Shown: positions 49,797 through 59,278 of the stretch, in pieces
Layout of the letters: every line of letters starts with the position of its first letter
Numbering within the stretch: the first letter of the stretch is position 1
NCBI GenBank assembly: GCA_944349765.1
Contig: CALVNN010000001.1
Span: 749-64,748, forward strand
Source: an uncultured Clostridia bacterium
GTDB lineage: Bacteria > Bacillota > Clostridia > Christensenellales > UBA1242
Reading direction: 5' to 3'
DNA: 64,000 nucleotides
Notes under the pieces: generated by a model
What the model was told of the DNA's origin: nothing
Database searches by the model: none
What the model saw: only the letters and a program-made list of their open reading frames with translations
Translations under genes and position numbers: made by a program

Positions 49797-51076
49797 TAAA
49801 AAATAAGATTTATCTAGTTATTTTAATTGCTGTTTGTTTACTATTTCCTTCAGCAATTGGAAAGGCTTCTATTTCTAATACGAATTTGCTTGTAGTAGCT
49901 ATGGGAATAGATAAGGTCGAAGAGGAGTATGAGACGTCACTTATGGTGATAGTGCCAAAACAAAGTGGGTCTTTTAATCAGAGCTTAGAAGTTATATCGG
50001 CAAAAGGTGAGACGGTTAGACAATCTTTAAATCAGTTAAGTCTGCATACGGGTAAACAAATAGGCCTGGGTCACTGCGGTATGATCATATTTAATGATGA
50101 AGCTATTAAAGAAGATGTCGTGATGGTTTTGGATTATCTTGTTAGAGATACACAAATAGACAATAGTTGTGTGCTTGTAAATACAAATACAAGTAGTAAA
50201 GACTTATTAGAAGCAAATAAAAAGTTACAAAATCAATATGGTGTAGATACCGCTAAGATATTAGGAGTATTGAGTAATTATGTATTCTTGGAGCAGGCGA
50301 ATATTGAGGAAGTAATAAATAGCAAACTATCTAATAATAATGTCAGCTTTATGTCGTACATTACACTAAGTGATAGCCCTGATGAAGGTTTGGATACAGG
50401 CGCGCAAAGTGGCGGTCAAAGTCAAGAATCCAGCTCTGGAAGCGGTGATACCGGTGGCGGTTCTGGCTCTAGCGGTGGTGACTCAGGTGGTAGCAGTAGT
50501 GGAGGCAGTAGTGGCGGACAAGAGAAAAAAGTAGTAAGTAATCTAGGAGAAATATCACTACTTTTAGACGGAAAAAAAGTTGCCGTGGCTGATGAGGAGA
50601 TTATGAAGGGCTTGTACTGGCTTAGCTCCAAGCCTAGTAAATTGGAATTTATGCTTAGTGATTTTAATGATGATGACTATAAAAATGCCGAACTAAGCTT
50701 TTTGGTAAAAGATAAAAAGCAAAGCAAAAATTATCAATTTATTGATGGTAAGCCAAAAGTTACCATTGATGTGTCGGCTACTTTAAAACTAACAGAGATT
50801 GTTGAAAAGTATGAACCGAATGATTTGTTTGTGTCATATCAAGACTACATATCAGATACGATGATGGGAGCTATCAAACAAGAGATTAAAGACAAGATTA
50901 ATAATAGTATAGATTTTTTAGCTGACAATAAAACAGATATAATTTCCATATACAGAGGCTTTGAAAAATATCATTATTATAAGTGGCAAGAATATATTGA
51001 TACACTAGAGGATAAGAAAGATTTCTTAAAAACGATAGATTTTGAAATCAATGTTGATATTAAATCAAGACAATAA
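49781..51076 (+). CDS. Spore germination protein, Ger(x)C family, with a G/S-rich insert
   Basis: Third gene of the A-B-C operon. N-terminal signal. Typical GLGHCGMIIF region. Insert SGGQSQESSSGSGDTGGGSGSSGGDSGGSSSGGSSGG. Confidence 0.75.
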   Translation: MLRKLIKNKIYLVILIAVCLLFPSAIGKASISNTNLLVVAMGIDKVEEEYETSLMVIVPKQSGSFNQSLEVISAKGETVRQSLNQLSLHTGKQIGLGHCGMIIFNDEAIKEDVVMVLDYLVRDTQIDNSCVLVNTNTSSKDLLEANKKLQNQYGVDTAKILGVLSNYVFLEQANIEEVINSKLSNNNVSFMSYITLSDSPDEGLDTGAQSGGQSQESSSGSGDTGGGSGSSGGDSGGSSSGGSSGGQEKKVVSNLGEISLLLDGKKVAVADEEIMKGLYWLSSKPSKLEFMLSDFNDDDYKNAELSFLVKDKKQSKNYQFIDGKPKVTIDVSATLKLTEIVEKYEPNDLFVSYQDYISDTMMGAIKQEIKDKINNSIDFLADNKTDIISIYRGFEKYHYYKWQEYIDTLEDKKDFLKTIDFEINVDIKSRQ

Positions 51077-51149
51077 GTAAAAGGGCAAAGACCCTTTTAT
51101 TTTTGTAAAAATTATTTACATTTTATCAAATAAATAGTATAATACATAC

Positions 51150-51569
51150 GTGAAAAAATATTTTATACGTAGTAATTTAGAATTATCATCATTTGAGGTA
51201 TTACAGTATAGTCCACTTGCGTTAGCATTTGTTGGAGATGCTGTACATTCGTTATATGTTCGTAGTCGACTCGTAGGTACAATGGATGTTAAAGTTAATG
51301 ATTTGCAAAGACTTACATCAAACGTTGTTCGAGCAACTAGCCAAAGTAAAGTAATGCAAGACATGAAAGATAGTTTGACCGAGGAAGAATTATCTTTGGT
51401 TAACCGTGCCAGAAATACCAAGACCAACAATATCGCTAAGAATGCTACTGCTAAAGACTACAAACAGAGTACAGGCTTTGAAGCGTTAATTGGCTTTTTA
51501 TATTTGACAGGTCAAGAGGAAAGGATGAATAACTTTTTAGCAAAATCATTTGAGGAGTTTATATGTTGA
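51150..51569 (+). CDS. mrnC: Mini-ribonuclease 3
   Basis: LALAFVGDAV catalytic motif. Size ~140 aa. Confidence 0.85.
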   Translation: MKKYFIRSNLELSSFEVLQYSPLALAFVGDAVHSLYVRSRLVGTMDVKVNDLQRLTSNVVRATSQSKVMQDMKDSLTEEELSLVNRARNTKTNNIAKNATAKDYKQSTGFEALIGFLYLTGQEERMNNFLAKSFEEFIC

Positions 51570-52285
51570 TAAATGGCAGAAATAGTGTAAGAGAGGCGAT
51601 ACGTAGTAATGTATCTGTAAATAAAGTATTTGTACAGCAAGACATACAAGGCGCAGAAAATCTAGGGCTTATCAAAGAGTTGAAGAGCAAAAATATCAAT
51701 ATCATATTCTTACCTAAAAAAGCTATGGACAATAAGGTAAGTGGTAAACATCAAGGCTTTATTGCGGACATTGAAGAATTTAAGTACGCTAACCTAAACG
51801 AAGTAATAGATGATGTAAAATCTTCTGGTAAACAATTGTTTATAGTTATACTTGATGGTATTGAAGACCCCCATAATTTTGGTAGTATTATTCGTTCTTG
51901 CGAATGTGCTGGCGTCCATATGATTATCATAAGTTCTCACGAAGCGTGCCCAGTGAATGCGACTGTCGTTAGGGTTAGTGCTGGAGCTGTCAATCATATG
52001 CCGATTGTAAAAGTTGGAAATCTTAATACGACCATTAAACAGCTTAAAAAAATGGGGATATGGGTGTATGGTTGTGAACTCGGAGGCACGAGTATGTACG
52101 ATGTAAACTTGCGTGGGGATATAGCCATAGTGATAGGTAGTGAAGGGAAGGGAATTAAACGTCTTACCAGAGAGCTTTGCGATGAAGTGTTTACTATTCC
52201 TATGTACGGTAAGGTAAATTCACTTAATGCATCTAACGCTGCCGCTATAAGTCTTTATGAAGCTATTCGTCAAAGAATGAGGTAA
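51563..52285 (+). CDS. rlmB: 23S rRNA (guanosine-2'-O)-methyltransferase, TrmH/SpoU family (RlmB/YacO)
   Basis: LDGIEDPHNFGSIIRS, IGSEGKG and SLNASNAA motifs. Confidence 0.85.
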   Translation: MLINGRNSVREAIRSNVSVNKVFVQQDIQGAENLGLIKELKSKNINIIFLPKKAMDNKVSGKHQGFIADIEEFKYANLNEVIDDVKSSGKQLFIVILDGIEDPHNFGSIIRSCECAGVHMIIISSHEACPVNATVVRVSAGAVNHMPIVKVGNLNTTIKQLKKMGIWVYGCELGGTSMYDVNLRGDIAIVIGSEGKGIKRLTRELCDEVFTIPMYGKVNSLNASNAAAISLYEAIRQRMR

Positions 52286-52287
52286 AT

Positions 52288-52866
52288 ATGGATAAAGATG
52301 TTTTAAGTAAAGCAAAGACCGACGAGCATGCACTGGAATTGATTTTGAATGAATATGCTCCTATTGTTCGAGGTATTTCGAGACGATACTTCTTGTTTGG
52401 CGGAGAACAAGAAGACTTGATTCAAGAGGGGATGGTTGGTTTGTACCAAGCTATTATGAGCTTTGATGAAAAGAATGGTACAAGCTTTAAGACTTATGCT
52501 ATTAACTGTATTGATAATAAGATAAAGACCGCCATCAAACAAGCAAATAGGCAAAAAAATCTAGCACTAAATCAATATACCACTATACTAGACGAACTAG
52601 ATGATGATGAAGAGGGCTACATAGTAATAAGCGAGGGTATGTCGCCTGAAGAAAGTTATTTTAGAAGACAAAGAAATAGGCTTATTGTCCAAAGATTAAA
52701 AGAAGAATTAAGCCTAGAGGAGCGTAAAATACTTTCTCAATACTTGCAAGGAGCTAAATATATAGATATTGCAAAAGAGATGAATAAATCAGTAAAATAC
52801 ATAGATAACAAGCTTTTTAGAATAAAAAAGATTTTATCAAAATTAAAAGATAATATTTCAGGATAG
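52288..52866 (+). CDS. sigH: RNA polymerase sigma-H factor
   Basis: Sigma-70 region 2 (DLIQEGMVGLYQAI) and region 4. Conserved mrnC-rlmB-sigH context as in Bacillus. Confidence 0.8.
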   Translation: MDKDVLSKAKTDEHALELILNEYAPIVRGISRRYFLFGGEQEDLIQEGMVGLYQAIMSFDEKNGTSFKTYAINCIDNKIKTAIKQANRQKNLALNQYTTILDELDDDEEGYIVISEGMSPEESYFRRQRNRLIVQRLKEELSLEERKILSQYLQGAKYIDIAKEMNKSVKYIDNKLFRIKKILSKLKDNISG

Positions 52867-52874
52867 GAGGATAA

Positions 52875-53984
52875 ATGGGGCATTTAGCATTATATAGACA
52901 ATTCAGACCAAAAAATTTTGACGAAGTTATTGGACAAGATGCTATAGTAAATACTTTAAAAAATCAAGTTACAACAGGTGAAATAGGCCACGCTTATTTG
53001 TTTACAGGTTCTAGAGGGACAGGAAAGACTAGTTGTGCAAAAATATTTGCAAAGGCTATAAATTGTTTGCATCCTGTAAATGGCTCACCTTGTTATGAAT
53101 GTGAAAACTGCAAAACTGATGATGGCCTTAATATGGATATTGTTGAGATAGACGCAGCGTCAAATAATAGCGTTGAAGATATTCGTGATATAGTAAATAA
53201 TCTTAAGTTTTTGCCAACTAATGGAAAGTATAAAGTCTATATAATAGACGAAGTCCATATGCTATCCATAAATGCATTTAACGCATTACTGAAAAGTATA
53301 GAAGAACCACCTGAACACGTGGTGTTTATCTTAGCAACAACCGAGGTACATAAAATACCTAAGACTATACTGAGTAGAGTGATAAGATTTGACTTTAAGT
53401 TAGTTAGCGTTGAAGAATTGACTAAGCTACTTAAAAAAGTATTTGTTGCTAGTGGCATAAAGGCAGAGGACGAGGCAGTAGTGGCTATAGCTAGAAGCGG
53501 TGAGGGCAGTGTGCGTGATGCCCTAAGTATTGCGGAGGGTGTGAGTGCATACGCCTACAAAGATATTACTTATCTTGATGTACAAAGTTCGCTAGGGATT
53601 AGTGATTCCGATTCACTTATAAAAATAACAGATTATATGTATGAGGGGAGTTTGGGTAAGCTTTTTGAGTTAACAAATAATCTTTATACAAGTGGAAAAA
53701 ATATGGCAGTGTTCGCAAAAGATTTGACATTGCACTTTAGAAACTTGCTTATAATAAATACCACTGATGAGGCAAATGATATACTACATTTGCCAGATGA
53801 GGAATTTGAAAAACTTAAATCTCAAGCACAAAATATAGATAATGCTCATTTATTGTTTTACCTTAAAAAATTTAGCGATATTGAGGCTGACTTGAGGTAT
53901 TCTATAAGCCCTAGGATGCTTATAGAGATGACTGCTCTAGAATGCATAAGAGAACTTGATGGCAAATTGCAGGTGTCGCCCTAA
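52875..53984 (+). CDS. dnaX: DNA polymerase III gamma/tau, N-terminal domains I-III (frame 0 product)
   Basis: Walker A GSRGTGKTS, Zn module CYECENC, DEVHML, SRV sensor. Confidence 0.9.
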   Translation: MGHLALYRQFRPKNFDEVIGQDAIVNTLKNQVTTGEIGHAYLFTGSRGTGKTSCAKIFAKAINCLHPVNGSPCYECENCKTDDGLNMDIVEIDAASNNSVEDIRDIVNNLKFLPTNGKYKVYIIDEVHMLSINAFNALLKSIEEPPEHVVFILATTEVHKIPKTILSRVIRFDFKLVSVEELTKLLKKVFVASGIKAEDEAVVAIARSGEGSVRDALSIAEGVSAYAYKDITYLDVQSSLGISDSDSLIKITDYMYEGSLGKLFELTNNLYTSGKNMAVFAKDLTLHFRNLLIINTTDEANDILHLPDEEFEKLKSQAQNIDNAHLLFYLKKFSDIEADLRYSISPRMLIEMTALECIRELDGKLQVSP

Positions 53985-54402
53985 AGCTACAGATATGGAT
54001 AATGAAGAAAAACACGATAATGCACCAGTAAAACTAGAAGAAATCAAGGTAAATTCTGATAATCCTTTTGGGGATAAAGATACAAAGCCAAAAGGTGAAG
54101 CACTAAATATTTGGGGTAAAATTATTCTAAAACTTAGAGACAATAATAATTTTATTTTGCATGCAATTTGTGGTGGGATAAGTAATGTTACGATTTTAAA
54201 TGATAATCTTATTATAGGTAGCGACAATGAAATAGAATTAGATACTATAAATGAAAACATTGATAGTCTGAATGCTATATTGAAAGAATTGGGCTATAAT
54301 TATACTGTGCTTACGAATTTTATAGAATCTCCAAGAGTCGTCAATAGTAACAATATTAAGTTATTAAAGAGTATTTTTGGAGATGACTTGATAGTAGAGT
54401 AA
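53980..54402 (+). CDS. dnaX: DNA polymerase III tau-specific C-terminal region, encoded in the +1 frame
   Basis: No RBS for independent initiation. The sequence ALNIWGKIILKLRDNNNFILHAICGG...NLIIG resembles the C-terminal tau region of Firmicutes DnaX. Overlaps the frame-0 stop. Confidence 0.6.
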   Translation, partial: PKATDMDNEEKHDNAPVKLEEIKVNSDNPFGDKDTKPKGEALNIWGKIILKLRDNNNFILHAICGGISNVTILNDNLIIGSDNEIELDTINENIDSLNAILKELGYNYTVLTNFIESPRVVNSNNIKLLKSIFGDDLIVE

Positions 54403-54457
54403 TTGTCTTTTTTATTAAGTTATTGACGAAATCAAATTTATATGGTACCATGTCGAC

Positions 54458-55195
54458 ATGGAAACATTCTTAAAAGAAATAAAAATAACTAAAGCTAGCG
54501 AAAATAATGGGTACCCTTTTAACATACCACTATTTAAAAACGGTTTGTATTTAAAACTCGAATCACCTATAACCTTTATTGTAGGAGAAAATGGGTCAGG
54601 TAAAAGTACTTTATTAGAGAGCTTAGCTAAAAATATTGGATTTAACACACTAGGTGGAAATAAAAATCATAGTTATGATAACTTGTCTAAAGATAATTTT
54701 GATTTAGTAAATAATATGAAATTAGTGTGGTCAGTTAAGCAAAGTAAAGGGTTCTTTTTTAGGGCGGAAACATTTTTTGAGTTTGCGAATAATTTAGATA
54801 AATTAGCTGAGTATAAAAATACTGAATTTTATAATGCATATGGTGGAAAATCTCTCCAAGAGCAATCACATGGCGAGTCGTTTTTATCCTTATTTCAAAA
54901 TCAAATTAAAGAGGGAATATATATAATTGATGAGCCAGAATCTGCTTTGTCACCTGAAAGACAACTGTCATTAATTTCAATTCTTTATGATTTTGCTAAA
55001 TCTAGCAAATGTCAATTTATAATAGCTACACATTCGCCTTTGTTGATTAGTACTCCTGAATCTATTGTATACGAAATAAAAGAAGGTAAATTACACAAAG
55101 AGAGTTATAAGGAGACTTCTCAATTTAAACTTTATAAAAGTTTTATGGACAATCCAGAACGTTTTTTACATTATTTATGTCCATCCGACCTGTAA
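54458..55195 (+). CDS. Stand-alone ABC/SMC-like P-loop ATPase
   Basis: Walker A GENGSGKST, Q-loop-like QEQSHGESF, Walker B IYIIDEPESALSP, H-loop ATHSP. Confidence 0.75.
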   Translation: METFLKEIKITKASENNGYPFNIPLFKNGLYLKLESPITFIVGENGSGKSTLLESLAKNIGFNTLGGNKNHSYDNLSKDNFDLVNNMKLVWSVKQSKGFFFRAETFFEFANNLDKLAEYKNTEFYNAYGGKSLQEQSHGESFLSLFQNQIKEGIYIIDEPESALSPERQLSLISILYDFAKSSKCQFIIATHSPLLISTPESIVYEIKEGKLHKESYKETSQFKLYKSFMDNPERFLHYLCPSDL

Positions 55196-55340
55196 TTCTG
55201 ACCTTTTTTTGTATTCCAGAAAATACATATTAAATTTTATGATATTTAAGGGAGTTGCTCTTTTATGGGCTAATTCCCTTTACTTTTTAATATAAATATG
55301 GTAAACTATTTTATAAATTTTTGTTTAGGAGAATGTTTAG

Positions 55341-55649
55341 ATGGGTTTTGGCGGATTTAATATGCAAGGTTTGATGAAACAAGCACAAAAAATGCAGGAA
55401 GATATGATGAAGGCTCAAGAAGAGCTTGAAAATACCAATGTTGAAGCTACTGTTGGTGGCGGTATGGTCACTGTAATTATGAATGGTAAAAAAGATATTC
55501 AAAAAATAAAATTAGCAAAGGAAGTCGTGGATCCTGAAGATATTGAAATGCTTGAGGATTTGATAGTAGCTGGGTTTAAAGAAGCAAGCAAAAAAGCTGA
55601 TGAACTTTATGCTAGCAAGATGCCTAGTGGAATTAATGGGTTGTTGTAA
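55341..55649 (+). CDS. ybaB: Nucleoid-associated protein YbaB/EbfC
   Basis: MQGLMKQAQKMQEDM start pattern. ~100 aa. Confidence 0.9.
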   Translation: MGFGGFNMQGLMKQAQKMQEDMMKAQEELENTNVEATVGGGMVTVIMNGKKDIQKIKLAKEVVDPEDIEMLEDLIVAGFKEASKKADELYASKMPSGINGLL

Positions 55650-56245
55650 TGGATAATTTATTGGTTATTGAAAAATTAATTAATAGTTTTCAAAAATTAC
55701 CAGGAGTAGGTTACAAGACGGCACAGCGTTATGCTTATAAGATTATAGATATGGAGCGAGCAGACGCGGAAGAATTTGCTAGACAAATAATTGAAGTAAA
55801 AGATAAGGTTAGATATTGTGAGATTTGTGGGAATTTTAGCGAGGATGTTATCTGCCCTATTTGTAAAAACCAAAATCGCAATCATTCAATTATTTGTGTA
55901 GTTAAAGATCCAAAAGATGTAGTGGCTTTTGAGAGAGTCAAGGATTTTGATGGCGTGTATCACGTTTTGCACGGCTGTATAAGTCCACTAGACAATAAGG
56001 GACCAGACGACATAAGGATCAAAGAACTTATTGACCGTATAAAGGATGGTTCGGTAACCGAGGTGATTATGGCTACCAATCCCGACGTGGAGGGGGAAGC
56101 GACAGCAATATATATATCAAAGTTACTAAAGCCACTTATGATAAAATGTACTAGAATAGCACAGGGCATATCAATAGGCAGTGATATTGAGTATGCTGAT
56201 GAGATTACATTAAGTAAAGCACTTGACCAACGTGTCGAGTTGTGA
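55649..56245 (+). CDS. recR: Recombination protein RecR
   Basis: HhH LPGVGYKTAQR, Cys4 finger CEICGN..CPIC, Toprim region. Confidence 0.9.
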   Translation: MDNLLVIEKLINSFQKLPGVGYKTAQRYAYKIIDMERADAEEFARQIIEVKDKVRYCEICGNFSEDVICPICKNQNRNHSIICVVKDPKDVVAFERVKDFDGVYHVLHGCISPLDNKGPDDIRIKELIDRIKDGSVTEVIMATNPDVEGEATAIYISKLLKPLMIKCTRIAQGISIGSDIEYADEITLSKALDQRVEL

Positions 56246-56272
56246 TTTTTGTTAAATTAAGGAGAAAAATAT

Positions 56273-58030
56273 ATGGAAAGTTCAGTATTTCCAAATATAT
56301 ATCGCTCAAATGTGATATCAGATTTGGATGAAAATATGGTAGGGAAAAAAGTTACCGTGGCAGGTTGGGTAAGCACCATTCGTGACCACGGTGGTATAAC
56401 CTTTGTAGATTTGAGAGATTATTACGGTATAGTCCAATTAATGATAAAAGATAGTAGTCTTTTGGATGGCGTAAACCGTGAGACCGTTGTAAGCGTAGAG
56501 GGTGAAGTGACTTTAAGAGATGAGATCAATTACAATCCAAAGCTACCAACTGGTAAGATTGAAATAGTTGTTAGTAAAATAACCATACTAGGTCGTAGTC
56601 AAAATGTATTACCATTTGAGATTATGGAGAGTACAGAGACTAATGATGAATTACGTATGAAGTATAGATATTTGGATTTGCGTAATCCTGTTATGCAAGA
56701 AAAATTGAGGATCAGAGCTGATATAACTTTTGAATTCAGAAAGATACTTAGAGAGCTAGGCTTTTTGGAAGTTACCACACCAATCCTTACCGCAAGTAGC
56801 CCAGAGGGTAGTCGTGACTATTTGGTGCCTAGCCGTATCCACAAAGGTAAATTTTATGCTTTGCCTCAAGCACCACAACAATTTAAACAATTACTTATGA
56901 CTGCTGGTATAGATAGATATTTCCAAATAGCACCTTGCTTTAGAGATGAGGATGCTAGAGCTGATAGAAGTCCGGGTGAGTTTTATCAAGTCGATATAGA
57001 GATGGCTTTTGCGACTCAAGAAGATGTCTTCAAAGTTATGGAATACATTATGCCAATTATCTTTAATAAGTATAGCAAGGGCATCACTGTAGATCCAGCT
57101 CCTTTCGTGCGTATCCCTTATAAAGAGAGCTTGGAAAAATACGGCACAGACAAGCCTGACCTACGTAATCCTATACTAGTACACAATTTGACTGATGTGT
57201 TTAAAAATACAGAGTTCAATGCATTCTCAGGACAAGTAGTCAAAGCTATAGCTGTTGAGACTGGTGAAAAACCACGAAGCTTCTATGACAACTTGACACA
57301 GTATATGGTGGATAATGGTGCGAAAGGTTTAGCGTGGATAAAAGTAGAAGAGGGCAACCAATTAGTTGGTCCTATTGTAAAATTTTTGTCTGAAGAAGAA
57401 AAATCAGAAATGATTAAACAAACTGGTGCTAAGCCTGGTTATGCTATTTTCTTAATAGCTGATAAATATTCAGTAGCAACTAAGCTTAGTGGTGTACTTA
57501 GAACTGAGCTTGGCAATAGACTCAACCTTATTGAACAAGGGGTATATAAGTTCTGTTGGATAGTTGACTTCCCAATGTACGAGTTGGATGAAGAAACTAA
57601 CAAATTAGATTTCTGTCACAATCCATTCAGTATGCCACAAGGTGGCCTTGAGGCACTTACCACAAAAGACCCTTTAGACATCCTGGCTTATCAATATGAT
57701 ATAGTTGTAAATGGTATTGAGTTAAGTAGTGGTGCTGTACGTAATCATGATATTGACATAATGTTAAAAGCGTTTGAAATAGTTGGTTACGACGAGAAAG
57801 TGGTAAAAGAAAAATTTGGTGCCTTATATAATGCGTTTAGCTATGGTGCACCTCCTCATGCTGGTATAGCGCCAGGACTAGATAGAATAATAATGCTACT
57901 TTTAAACGAAAGCAACATAAGAGAAATTATTGCCTTCCCAATGAATCAAAAAGCACAAGACTTAATGATGAATGCTCCTTGTGAGGTTACGGAAGAGCAA
58001 TTAAGAGAAGTTCATATTAAATTAAGATAA
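56273..58030 (+). CDS. aspS: Aspartate--tRNA ligase
   Basis: Class II motifs FRDEDARADR and GLDRIIMLL. N-terminal OB fold. Confidence 0.95.
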   Translation: MESSVFPNIYRSNVISDLDENMVGKKVTVAGWVSTIRDHGGITFVDLRDYYGIVQLMIKDSSLLDGVNRETVVSVEGEVTLRDEINYNPKLPTGKIEIVVSKITILGRSQNVLPFEIMESTETNDELRMKYRYLDLRNPVMQEKLRIRADITFEFRKILRELGFLEVTTPILTASSPEGSRDYLVPSRIHKGKFYALPQAPQQFKQLLMTAGIDRYFQIAPCFRDEDARADRSPGEFYQVDIEMAFATQEDVFKVMEYIMPIIFNKYSKGITVDPAPFVRIPYKESLEKYGTDKPDLRNPILVHNLTDVFKNTEFNAFSGQVVKAIAVETGEKPRSFYDNLTQYMVDNGAKGLAWIKVEEGNQLVGPIVKFLSEEEKSEMIKQTGAKPGYAIFLIADKYSVATKLSGVLRTELGNRLNLIEQGVYKFCWIVDFPMYELDEETNKLDFCHNPFSMPQGGLEALTTKDPLDILAYQYDIVVNGIELSSGAVRNHDIDIMLKAFEIVGYDEKVVKEKFGALYNAFSYGAPPHAGIAPGLDRIIMLLLNESNIREIIAFPMNQKAQDLMMNAPCEVTEEQLREVHIKLR

Positions 58031-58032
58031 AG

Positions 58033-58069
58033 AAAAAATTAAGCAATATTAAAATTGCTTAATTTTTTT
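58033..58069. terminator. Bidirectional terminator
   Basis: AATTAAGCAAT/ATTGCTTAATT stem flanked by A- and T-runs. Confidence 0.7.
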
Positions 58070-58916
58070 ATAATGCTGTCCAGTTAGCATAAAGTGTAAA
58101 GCTAGAAGTAACTATACTATCAAAATCATATCTAGTATCTTCAGTACAAGCACTATCAGTGTACCATCCCTCAAAAGTATACCCAAATCTAGTTGGCTCT
58201 TGGGGAGGTGTAAGAGTTTGATTTTCTCTAAAAATAGTAGAAGCTTCGGTATCTGTGCCACCATTGCCTACATACTCTATAATATATCCTTGAAATACAT
58301 TACCATCAAAAGTCTCATTAAAATAACCATCAACATCAGCTAATTGTGTGCTAGGCAAATTGCTAGCTTGGATAGCTTGAAGCTCTACATTTAGCTTTAA
58401 CTCTTTCGGAGCATCTTCAGAAGTATAGAAAGAGCCTCTTACTCCATTAAAGTCTACATTTTCAGCAAAAGTATATGGTGTAGTATCAGTAAGTTCAAGT
58501 AATGAATCATCGGTATTTGCGAGATAGTAGTAGCCATTTAGAGGGATCCATTTATAATTTGTATTAGTGACGGGCGTAAAAGCATTATAATTAAGTGCTA
58601 ATAGATAACTTCTTTGTGCGGTATTTAAGTTTTGTGCGTCAGAATAGAAGTTTAGCTTTGCACGCACATAACAATTTTTAGAAGTTGCTGGCTTGTTAAA
58701 AGTAACAGAATTGACAATTCTATCACCCACAAACACGTTGGTTAAGTCACTTACTATATCAATATTACTTTCTAGTGAGATGGTAGCTATATTAATGTCT
58801 ATTGTTTCAGTATGTCTAAAACTAAACCAGGCGAATGAAATACCGACTACTAACGCTATCACTAGGATTATAAGTGTAGGTAATACGTATCGCCTTTTTG
58901 TGCTACTACTAACCAT
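58068..58916 (-). CDS. Exported protein, paralogue 3: TasA/camelysin-like N-terminus plus one Flg_new repeat
   Basis: FAWFSF signal end. Blocks CYVRAKLNFY, YKWIPLNGYYYLA, LKLNVELQAIQ. Flg_new-like RFGYTFEGWYTD...FTLYANW. RBS GGAGGTG. Confidence 0.7.
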   Translation of the reverse strand: MVSSSTKRRYVLPTLIILVIALVVGISFAWFSFRHTETIDINIATISLESNIDIVSDLTNVFVGDRIVNSVTFNKPATSKNCYVRAKLNFYSDAQNLNTAQRSYLLALNYNAFTPVTNTNYKWIPLNGYYYLANTDDSLLELTDTTPYTFAENVDFNGVRGSFYTSEDAPKELKLNVELQAIQASNLPSTQLADVDGYFNETFDGNVFQGYIIEYVGNGGTDTEASTIFRENQTLTPPQEPTRFGYTFEGWYTDSACTEDTRYDFDSIVTSSFTLYANWTAL

Positions 58917-59022
58917 ACAACACCTCCTTTAAGGTAGTTTCTTTTTTATTATACTTTTTTATTCATAAAAAGTCAAATAAATACAAACAATTTTTATTAA
59001 AAAGTTTTATTGTATATGACGC

Positions 59023-59057
59023 AAAAAAAAGACAAGCAATGCTAATTGTTACTTGTC
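59023..59057 (-). terminator. Terminator of the 952-aa/78-aa operon
   Basis: GACAAG..CTTGTC hairpin followed by T8 on the minus strand. Overlaps the stop codon. Confidence 0.6.
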
Positions 59058-59278
59058 TTGTATTTAAACTTTTTAATATCTTCAGTTATTTTTATAATAT
59101 CCTCTAAATTTTTAGTAAATCTTTCTTGTAGCTCCACACAATATTGATTTTTTAAGTTTATATTTTTTTGGCTTTTTAGTATATCAAATTCCGTGCAAAG
59201 TTTTATGTATTCTTGTGCCTTTTGGTCTAAAGATACAATAAGATTATACAATTTTTCTTTTTTTAAATTTTCCGTCAT
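59042..59278 (-). CDS. Hypothetical small coiled-coil protein, translationally coupled to the upstream gene
   Basis: Its ATG overlaps the stop of the 952-aa gene (ATGA). Confidence 0.5.
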   Translation of the reverse strand: MTENLKKEKLYNLIVSLDQKAQEYIKLCTEFDILKSQKNINLKNQYCVELQERFTKNLEDIIKITEDIKKFKYKTSNN

